DNA from: Bacteroidota bacterium
Lineage (GTDB): Bacteria > Bacteroidota > Bacteroidia > Flavobacteriales_D > Sanyastnellaceae
Assembly: GCA_046051235.1 (NCBI GenBank)
Contig: JBJOON010000002.1
Location: forward strand, 1 to 38,777
Reading direction: 5' to 3'
Length of the DNA: 38,777 nt
Shown piece by piece: positions 18,064 to 24,841 of the stretch. How positions within the stretch are numbered: position 1 is the stretch's first letter; every line of letters begins with the position of its first letter. The position numbers and the translations under genes were made by a program. The notes under the pieces are model-generated. The model ran no database searches and was not told the origin of the DNA. It saw only the letters and a program-made list of their open reading frames with translations.

Positions 18064-18138
18064 AGTTTAGATTAAGATTCCCGAAGTTAACCATTTCAAT
18101 TGAATGCCCCGTTCCAATTCAGACAATTCATTTCAAGT

Positions 18139-18834
18139 CTAAGCCCTTTCCTTTTTCTTTTTGAATTCCCATTTGTATCCAGTAAGAAAAATAAAATCCA
18201 TATCGGCGCTTGTAAGATCGCGCTGAACTAAATATCCAAGCGATATTCCGTTCGACTTGTCAATCTTATACTTCAAGGAAATCTGGCTTCGCCAATTTGT
18301 ATTCTCAATTGTAACAGGAAGAAAGAACAGTTCGTGGCTCGCTTGAATGGATAAATTCTTCCAAGGTGCATATTCCAAAGCTACCTTCTGACGCCAGGTT
18401 GAGTTTAAGTCCAAGTCTGAAGTACGAACTTGAGCAATTTGATACCTGGTTGTAGCAGTGATCTTAAAATCTTTAATGGGCAAGCTCAATTGCGCACCAA
18501 TAGACCATCTTCTTCTGATAGAAAAACCTGATTCTTGTCTTCTGCCTCCTAAACGATACTCTATAGTAGATGATGCGTATTTACCCCATTTATTGTTCAC
18601 TCCAATATCAGAAAAATACCCGCTAAGTTGAGTAATGTTCTCATTGAGGCGAATCTCTGGATTCAGGTGCAACGAAATATTCTTAAAGAAATCACCATCC
18701 TTCCAAGGGGTTAAATCTTTAAAATCCGATGAAACCGAAAACGCATTCCACATCCCTGCATCGTTGACGTTCTGAGCTGAAGCAATCGATGCTAGAAATA
18801 AAAAAAACGAAAGAATACTCTTACGGAGTATCAT
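18139..18834 (-). CDS. Predicted outer-membrane beta-barrel protein (DUF2490-like)
   Basis: It has a signal peptide (LASIASAQ) and an alternating amphipathic beta-strand pattern throughout. It overlaps the upstream lipoprotein gene by 14 nt. The DUF name is from memory only. Confidence 0.5.
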   Translation of the reverse strand: MILRKSILSFFLFLASIASAQNVNDAGMWNAFSVSSDFKDLTPWKDGDFFKNISLHLNPEIRLNENITQLSGYFSDIGVNNKWGKYASSTIEYRLGGRRQESGFSIRRRWSIGAQLSLPIKDFKITATTRYQIAQVRTSDLDLNSTWRQKVALEYAPWKNLSIQASHELFFLPVTIENTNWRSQISLKYKIDKSNGISLGYLVQRDLTSADMDFIFLTGYKWEFKKKKERA

Positions 18835-19237
18835 AGATGGTTAGATCTGAAACGACCGCATGGTCTTCGTTGTCTGTGAGTTCGACTTCCTTGAGAACCA
18901 CCATTTTCGTCGGGTCAATCGCTGGAGGATTTTGACCAATTGTATCTCTGCTGTATGTATAAACCGTGTATTTACCTTTTCTCAAATTACGAAACTCGAA
19001 ATCTCCGTTGTAATCGGTAACCACCTTGTCATCTGGAGAAACATGTTCGCCATAGACGATATAGACTTCTAAATCCGCAGCTGGAACAGTATACAACTCC
19101 GTTGCTGGATTAGTTAAAACCACGCGCACTTCCTTCGAAATATTTCCGGAAATGGTTCCTGCTCCGCCTGTTCCTGGGTCCTTCTCGCAAGAAACGAATG
19201 TCATGGCGAGAATTAAAAAAAAGAGTGTTTTTTTCAT
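18821..19237 (-). CDS. Small lipoprotein with a carboxypeptidase-regulatory-like (transthyretin-like) beta-sandwich
   Basis: It has a lipobox (MTFVSC). ISGNI...VVTDYNGDFEFRNLRKGKYTVY is typical of CarboxypepD_reg-like domains. Its ATG shares a base with the yebC stop (TAATG at 19235-19239). Confidence 0.6.
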   Translation of the reverse strand: MKKTLFFLILAMTFVSCEKDPGTGGAGTISGNISKEVRVVLTNPATELYTVPAADLEVYIVYGEHVSPDDKVVTDYNGDFEFRNLRKGKYTVYTYSRDTIGQNPPAIDPTKMVVLKEVELTDNEDHAVVSDLTIYDTP

Positions 19238-19947
19238 TATCCCAAATTGTGATAGACAGCAAGAACATCTTCGTCGGCTTCAATCTTTTCAATCAATTCC
19301 AAAATCTCATCGGTTTGCTCTTCATTAATCTCTGCGTAGGTATTTGGAATTCTCTCAAGTCCTGCTTTGGTTGGAACTATTCCTCGATCTTCCAACGCTT
19401 TTTGCATATTACCGAAATCCGAAAAGGCAGTGTACACCACCATTTCATTTTCTTCTTGCTCCGAACTATCTAAACCGTGGTCAATTAATTCCAATTCTAA
19501 TTCTTCCCACGAAGGAATTTGATCCATGGCTAAACGGAACACACCTTTTCTTTCAAAAATGAAAGATAACGAACCACTGTTACCCATTAATCCACCTGAT
19601 CTATTGAAATACAAACGGATGTTTGCTACTGTTCTGGTAGGATTATCGGTTGCCGTTTCTACTAGAATTGGAATTCCATAAGGACCGTATCCTTCGTAAA
19701 CTACTTCCTCGTAGTTGCTGGCATCTTTACTTGAAGCCCTCTTGATTGCCGCGTCAACGCGGTCTTTCGGCATATTTACTCCTTTGGCGTTTGCAACGCA
19801 CTGGCGCAATCTTGGATTGTAAGAAGGGTCAGGACCACCCGCCTTCACTGCCATTGCAATTTCTTTTCCTATACGCGTAAAAGCTTTCGCCATACGATCG
19901 TAGCGCGCGAACATCTTGTGCTTTCGCTTTTCAAACATTCTTCCCAT
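19237..19947 (-). CDS. yebC: YebC/PmpR-family protein (DNA-binding regulator / translation-associated factor family)
   Basis: It carries MGRMFEKRKHKMFARYDRMAKAFTRIGKEI...GGPDPSYNPRLRQCVANAKGVNMPKDRVDAAIKR, the conserved YebC N-terminal signature. It is 236 aa. Confidence 0.9.
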   Translation of the reverse strand: MGRMFEKRKHKMFARYDRMAKAFTRIGKEIAMAVKAGGPDPSYNPRLRQCVANAKGVNMPKDRVDAAIKRASSKDASNYEEVVYEGYGPYGIPILVETATDNPTRTVANIRLYFNRSGGLMGNSGSLSFIFERKGVFRLAMDQIPSWEELELELIDHGLDSSEQEENEMVVYTAFSDFGNMQKALEDRGIVPTKAGLERIPNTYAEINEEQTDEILELIEKIEADEDVLAVYHNLG

Positions 19948-19981
19948 AAGTACGAACTATAATTTACCCTAAAGGGTAGAA

Positions 19982-19989
19982 CAAAAATA
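19982..19989 (-). promoter_or_regulatory. Candidate Bacteroidota -7 box (TATTTTTG) for the yebC operon
   Basis: The reverse complement of caaaaata is TATTTTTG, which matches TAnnTTTG. It lies 34 nt upstream of the yebC ATG. Confidence 0.4.
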
Positions 19990-19993
19990 CAAA

Positions 19994-21055
19994 TTATGCG
20001 GCTCCTAAAATACGCAAATGACTTACGTGAGCGCGAATAGCCGAAAGTACATTTGGATACTCTTGGTAATCTACCCCATATTCTTGGCAAGTGTCGCGAA
20101 CAATTTTGTTGATGTATGGATAATGAATGTGACTAATTCTTGGAAAGAGATGATGCTCGACCTGGAAGTTTAGTCCACCCGTTAACCAAGAAACAATTTT
20201 GCTTTTGGTCGCGAAATTGGCTGTCGTATTCACTTGGTGAACGGCCCATTCTTCCTTTAACATTCTTCCATCGGTATCAGGCAAGTGGAAATTTCTTCCT
20301 TCAACTACGTGAGCCAATTGAAACACTACGGCAATGATCCATCCCGTAACGAATAACATAACTGTGTATCCAATCAGGGTCTTCAACCATCCTACCACTA
20401 GAATTGGAACCAGAATGAAAGCCGCTACATAAAATAGCTTACTTACCCAAAATATGATATGCTCGTTTCGCGGAATTTTTCTTATTGGAGTTTCACCAAT
20501 CTTTTTGCTGAAGTATTTACTAAAATCTTTTACATACACCCATAAAAAATAGGTCGTACCGTAGATTAAAGCCCAGTAGATGTACTGATATCTATGGAAC
20601 CAATACTTCTTCTGTTGTTCGTTTACACGCAAGAATGGTTCAACATCTATATCCTCGTCAACCCCTTGAATATTGGTATAAACATGGTGAATTTGGTTGT
20701 GCTTCAGTTTCCATAAAAACACATTTCCACCAATAATATTCAACGAATAACCCATCATTTGATTCACCCAAGATTTCGAAGAGAAGCTACCATGAGCACT
20801 GTCGTGCATAAGATTAAATCCAATAGCTGCGAAGACCATACCTAAAACCGCCCATAAAACAATCTGAATTGTCCACGATTGGAAAAACAAGATTGAGGCG
20901 TAAACGGCTAGAATAGAAATCAAAAGCACAGTAGCCTTTGTATAAATTTTCCAGTTACCTGTTCTGCTAATTCCTTTGGTTGTGAAATATTTCTCCACGC
21001 GCTCGTTCAACGTATCGAAAAAGGGGTGCGCCTGATTGCCTAGTGAAAATGCCAA
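19994..21055 (-). CDS. Membrane fatty-acid desaturase, front-end type, paralogue of 528-1598
   Basis: It has HDSAHGS, HNQIHH and QVEHHLFP boxes and the same topology and length (353 aa) as the first copy. Confidence 0.85.
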   Translation of the reverse strand: MAFSLGNQAHPFFDTLNERVEKYFTTKGISRTGNWKIYTKATVLLISILAVYASILFFQSWTIQIVLWAVLGMVFAAIGFNLMHDSAHGSFSSKSWVNQMMGYSLNIIGGNVFLWKLKHNQIHHVYTNIQGVDEDIDVEPFLRVNEQQKKYWFHRYQYIYWALIYGTTYFLWVYVKDFSKYFSKKIGETPIRKIPRNEHIIFWVSKLFYVAAFILVPILVVGWLKTLIGYTVMLFVTGWIIAVVFQLAHVVEGRNFHLPDTDGRMLKEEWAVHQVNTTANFATKSKIVSWLTGGLNFQVEHHLFPRISHIHYPYINKIVRDTCQEYGVDYQEYPNVLSAIRAHVSHLRILGAA

Positions 21056-21082
21056 TGTATGATCTCCTTTTTATAGTTTACT

Positions 21083-21090
21083 CAAAGGTA
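21083..21090 (-). promoter_or_regulatory. Candidate -7 box (TACCTTTG) for the desaturase gene
   Basis: The reverse complement of caaaggta matches TAnnTTTG. It lies 27 nt upstream of the ATG at 21055. Confidence 0.4.
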
Positions 21091-21202
21091 GGGCTTGAAA
21101 AGTGGCACAAGGCCACAAAATGACATTAATTGCCTCTTGTTGAAAAAAGCACGGCTAATACCCTGATTTACATTGTAAATTCGCGACTTAATTTTCAAAG
21201 TC

Positions 21203-22726
21203 GTGAATAAAAGAATTTCTTCAGCCCTCATTTCCGTGTTTGATAAAGACGGATTAGCTCCGATTGTTGAACAAATGCACCAATTAGGTATAACACTATA
21301 CAGTACCGGGGGAACCCAAACGTTCATTGAGGACATGGGAATTCCTGTAACGGCAGTTGAAGATTTAACCGGATATCCAAGTATTTTCGGCGGAAGAGTT
21401 AAAACACTACATCCAGGAGTTTTAGGTGGAATTTTATACAGACGCGACGAAGCACAAGATTTAGAAGAGGCTGCGAAGTATAACATTCACGCCATCGATT
21501 GTGTCATTGTTGATTTATATCCGTTCGAAAAAACAGTTGCTTCTGGTGCTTCACATGAAGACATAATTGAGAAGATTGACATTGGAGGAATTGCGCTTAT
21601 TCGCGGTGCCGCAAAAAACTTCAACGACGTTGTCATTGTTCCTTCGAAAAACGAATATGAAGACTTAAAAGAATTGTTGGTGAACCAAAAAGGAGAGACT
21701 ACACTTGAGCAAAGACAATTCTTTGCGAAGCAAGCTTTCGAAGTTTCTTCACACTACGATTCTGCTATTTATTCATACTTCAAAGGCAACAACGAAGGCT
21801 CATTGCGCATAGCTTCGCGCGATGCGCATGTTCTTCGCTACGGAGAAAATCCACATCAAAAAGGAAGCTTCTTCGGCGACTTGGATGCGTTGTTCACGAA
21901 ACTTAATGGGAAAGAACTTTCCTATAACAACTTATTAGATGTTGAAGCCGCCGTGCAATTAATCAGTGAGTTCAAAAACGATGCTCCGACATTCGCTATT
22001 TTGAAACACAACAATGCATGCGGAATAGCTACACGTTCTTCTATGGTTGAAGCTTATGAAGCGGCGTTGGCCTGCGACAGCACTTCTGCTTTCGGTGGTG
22101 TGCTTATTGCAAACGGAGATATAGATTTGGCTACCGCTGAAAAAATAAATTCACTTTTTTGTGAAGTCGTTATTGCTCCTTCATATGCAAATGAAGCAGT
22201 TGAATTATTGAAATCAAAAGCGAACCGTATCATTCTTATCATTAAAGAAACTCCTCTTCTTCAAACGCAAGTAAGATCTATTTTGAATGGCTATTTGATT
22301 CAAGAAAAAGACAACGCAACTGAATCAGCCACTGACTTGAAATGTGTTACACAAACTCAGGCTAGTGCTGCATCGATAGAGGATATGATCTTTGCAAATA
22401 AATTGGTGAAGCACACCAAGAGTAACACGATTGTGCTTGCAAAAAACAACACCTTACTTGCTAGTGGAACAGGTCAAACTTCTCGTGTAGATGCGCTTCA
22501 ACAAGCAATTGAAAAAGCAAAGCACTTTGGTTTTTCTTTAGAAGGAAGTGCAATGGCCAGTGATGCCTTTTTTCCTTTCCCTGACTGTGTTGAAATTGCA
22601 AAGAATGCAGGAGTTATTGCTGTTGTTCAGCCCGGCGGTTCAATTAAGGATCAGCTTTCAGTAGACTATTGCAACGCGAACGGAGTGGCCATGTACATGA
22701 CGGGGGTTCGTCATTTCAAACATTAA
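21203..22726 (+). CDS. purH: Bifunctional AICAR formyltransferase / IMP cyclohydrolase
   Basis: It carries ALISVFDKDG, RYGENPHQ and QPGGSIKD motifs and is 507 aa. The start is a GTG. Confidence 0.95.
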   Translation: MNKRISSALISVFDKDGLAPIVEQMHQLGITLYSTGGTQTFIEDMGIPVTAVEDLTGYPSIFGGRVKTLHPGVLGGILYRRDEAQDLEEAAKYNIHAIDCVIVDLYPFEKTVASGASHEDIIEKIDIGGIALIRGAAKNFNDVVIVPSKNEYEDLKELLVNQKGETTLEQRQFFAKQAFEVSSHYDSAIYSYFKGNNEGSLRIASRDAHVLRYGENPHQKGSFFGDLDALFTKLNGKELSYNNLLDVEAAVQLISEFKNDAPTFAILKHNNACGIATRSSMVEAYEAALACDSTSAFGGVLIANGDIDLATAEKINSLFCEVVIAPSYANEAVELLKSKANRIILIIKETPLLQTQVRSILNGYLIQEKDNATESATDLKCVTQTQASAASIEDMIFANKLVKHTKSNTIVLAKNNTLLASGTGQTSRVDALQQAIEKAKHFGFSLEGSAMASDAFFPFPDCVEIAKNAGVIAVVQPGGSIKDQLSVDYCNANGVAMYMTGVRHFKH

Positions 22727-23541
22727 TAACGCTCGTCTTTCCAAATTCTTTTCTCGACCAATTTCAATTTTTGGTTAAAGAAAATTTCTGTGCTTTTCTC
22801 GAAAGACTCGGTATAATCTGAAACCCAGAACGAATACTTCGGTTTGCGTTTACTTGTATTCAAAATATCCTTTTTCTTCAAGACATCTGAAACATATTGC
22901 GCAACAACTGAAGCGCTGTCGATGATCTCTATTTTTTGCTGATAAAATTTCTCGACTTCCTTTTTAATCAAGGGATAATGCGTGCAGCCTAAAATAAGCG
23001 CTTCAATTCCCTTGAAAGAAGACTTCGACAAATAACTGTCTATGATACTTTGTGAAATTTTATTGTTGTAATAACCTTCTTCTATCATGGAAGCCAACAA
23101 GGGAGTGGCGTTAGAAAGTACCTTCAAATTTGGATTCAATTTCTCTATTCGCTTCACATAAATGCGGGAATGAATGGTACCCTTGGTTCCAATGACACCA
23201 ACCTTCCCTTTCGTGTAATGAGAAGCTGTGTATGCGGCTACAGGATCAACTACATTAATTACTGGAATGTGCGAAGGAATGGTCTTCACTACTGTTTTAA
23301 ATGCATGGGCCGAGGCTGTATTACAGGCAATGACAATGGCTTTGCATTTATGCTCTACCAACAATTCCGCAATACGTTTTGAATAAGCACGAATACTTTC
23401 GGGCGACTTATCACCATAGGGTAAATGAGCAGTATCGCCGAAATAAATAAACGACTCGTTGGGAAGAACCTTCTGTATGGCCTTCGCAACGGTTAATCCG
23501 CCTATTCCTGAATCGAAAATTCCTATTGGGTCTGTGTTCAT
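22723..23541 (-). CDS. murI: Glutamate racemase
   Basis: It carries IGIFDSGIGGLTV, ACNTASAH and LGCTHYPL catalytic-Cys motifs. Confidence 0.93.
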   Translation of the reverse strand: MNTDPIGIFDSGIGGLTVAKAIQKVLPNESFIYFGDTAHLPYGDKSPESIRAYSKRIAELLVEHKCKAIVIACNTASAHAFKTVVKTIPSHIPVINVVDPVAAYTASHYTKGKVGVIGTKGTIHSRIYVKRIEKLNPNLKVLSNATPLLASMIEEGYYNNKISQSIIDSYLSKSSFKGIEALILGCTHYPLIKKEVEKFYQQKIEIIDSASVVAQYVSDVLKKKDILNTSKRKPKYSFWVSDYTESFEKSTEIFFNQKLKLVEKRIWKDERY

Positions 23542-23542
23542 A

Positions 23543-23570
23543 GCAAAAAAAATCCCGCCTAGCGGGATTT
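23543..23570 (-). terminator. Rho-independent terminator after the bamA-ompH-ompH genes
   Basis: The minus strand reads AAATCCCGC-TAG-GCGGGATTT followed by TTTTT. This is a GC-rich 9-bp stem plus a U-tract, 18 nt downstream of the ompH stop. Confidence 0.75.
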
Positions 23571-23587
23571 CAATGTCGTAATAACTA

Positions 23588-24130
23588 TTATTTCTGAATT
23601 GGAGCGGTTGGAGCGGTTGCTGGAATTTTCAATTCCACTTTCAACTTATCTCCGATATCCTCACCACCTGAGTAAACCAAGTTCCCAGCTCCAATGTCGA
23701 ATACGTATGTATATCCTCCCGCCTTGGCAATCTTCGCAACTGCTGCATCGAACTCTTCAACCAATGGCTTCAATAATCGGTCTTGCTCTTGTTGCAACTC
23801 ATCGTTTGCTGTTTGCTGGAAATCCATCATGTTTTGCTCTAAATCTGCAATAGCTTGAGCTTTACTTTGACGAATTGCCTCTGGCCATCCGCCTGCGCTT
23901 ACCGCCATTTTAGATTTTGTCTCGTACTCGGCAACTTTATCGTCATGCTCTTTTTGCATAACTACGTATTCACCTTCGAAAGATTTCTTAGCGGTCTCCA
24001 TATCTGCTTGAACACCTTTCATTGCTGGCATTTGCAAAAGAATTGCTTGTCTATCTACGTGCGCTAACTTCTGCGCGAATGCACCAAATCCCAATGAAAT
24101 AAATAGTGCTGCTAAAATTGTCTTCTTCAT
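23588..24130 (-). CDS. ompH: OmpH/Skp-family periplasmic chaperone
   Basis: It has the signal peptide MKKTILAALFISLGFGAFAQ (ATG at 24130 preferred over 24172) and a coiled-coil-rich Skp-like composition. It lies downstream of bamA. Confidence 0.85.
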   Translation of the reverse strand: MKKTILAALFISLGFGAFAQKLAHVDRQAILLQMPAMKGVQADMETAKKSFEGEYVVMQKEHDDKVAEYETKSKMAVSAGGWPEAIRQSKAQAIADLEQNMMDFQQTANDELQQEQDRLLKPLVEEFDAAVAKIAKAGGYTYVFDIGAGNLVYSGGEDIGDKLKVELKIPATAPTAPIQK

Positions 24131-24181
24131 GATTGTATTGTTTTTTTTTCTTCTATTCAATGACAGTACCAAAAATACGCA

Positions 24182-24841
24182 TTACTTGCCTTTTCCCGGT
24201 GAACTTGGACGATCATTTCCCGGACGACCTGTTCCTGTACCCGGTTTTTCACCAGGTTTCTCATCAGAATCTTCCTTATCATCTTCATCCTTATCTAAAA
24301 CTTCTCCTGGTTTCAAGCCCATTTTCTTCAAGACTTTATCGCTAATGTCATGCTTTGGATTGGTGTACAGAAGGTTTGAATGATTCGCTTTATCGAAAAC
24401 TACCATGTATTGCGATTGCGAAGCAATGTCTTCAATGGCTTGAAAAATTTGCTCTTGTATGGGCGCTACCAATTCTTCACGCTTCTTGAACAAATCTCCT
24501 TCAACACCAAATTTAGATTTTTGATATTGCTTTGCATCCTCGCGACGCTCAGTAATGTCTGCTTCGCGTTTCTTCTTCATTTCTTCAGTCAGCAATATCT
24601 TCTCTGCTTGAAATGATTTTTCCAATTGCTCAATGGCAGTATACTTCTGCTCTACTTGAGCCTGCCATTCTGAACTAAGTTCATTGATTTGTTTTTGTGC
24701 AGCCACATACTCGGGCATATGAGATAAAATATATTTCGAGTCGACATAGGCAAATTTCTGCGCATAAATCCCTGTTCCAAAAAACAAGAACGCCATTACA
24801 AATGATAACCTAACGAATGAGTTTGTTTTCATAATATTCAA
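24182..24841 (-). CDS. ompH: OmpH/Skp-family periplasmic chaperone with an acidic/Pro-Gly-rich C-terminal tail
   Basis: It has a signal peptide (FGTGIYAQ) followed by KFAYVDS..IL, which is the Skp N-terminus. It starts directly after the bamA stop. Confidence 0.8.
   Translation of the reverse strand: MNIMKTNSFVRLSFVMAFLFFGTGIYAQKFAYVDSKYILSHMPEYVAAQKQINELSSEWQAQVEQKYTAIEQLEKSFQAEKILLTEEMKKKREADITERREDAKQYQKSKFGVEGDLFKKREELVAPIQEQIFQAIEDIASQSQYMVVFDKANHSNLLYTNPKHDISDKVLKKMGLKPGEVLDKDEDDKEDSDEKPGEKPGTGTGRPGNDRPSSPGKGK

Noticed and set aside
18064-18138. An imperfect palindrome around CAATTG (CCATTTCAATTGAATGCC) between the DUF2490-like gene and the LOX-like gene.
   Set aside because: The arms do not pair without a bulge. 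No U-tract or promoter box is adjacent, and it is too weak to call.
19964-19978. A short hairpin (TACCC-TAAA-GGGTA) after the desaturase stop, as a possible terminator.
   Set aside because: The stem is only 5 bp with no U-tract. It could equally be chance in a 46-nt spacer that also holds the yebC -7 box.
528-21055. Inverted desaturase paralogues as boundaries of a composite mobile element or invertible segment.
   Set aside because: The copies are only about 50% identical at the protein level, with no nucleotide-level repeat. There is no transposase, integrase or tRNA target, and the interior contains core genes (pepP, yebC).
21056-21202. A possible ZTP (pfl) or purine riboswitch in the 147-nt region upstream of purH.
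   Set aside because: I could not find the conserved pfl elements (a GGGUCGUG-like 5' module, a CCGCCUGGGC-like 3' pseudoknot strand) or a purine-riboswitch three-way junction. Only a weak 5-bp hairpin (21102-21116) is present.
21082-21486. A 134-aa minus-strand ORF spanning the desaturase/purH intergenic region and the 5' end of purH.
   Set aside because: It overlaps the strongly supported purH frame in antisense. It has no recognisable motifs and a low-complexity, Ser/Pro-rich composition. It is most likely a shadow ORF.
24129-24383. Plus-strand ORFs (70-84 aa) with a PGFSPGFSS-type low-complexity sequence.
   Set aside because: They are antisense to the Pro/Gly/acidic tail of ompH. Their composition simply mirrors that tail, and they have no independent signals.
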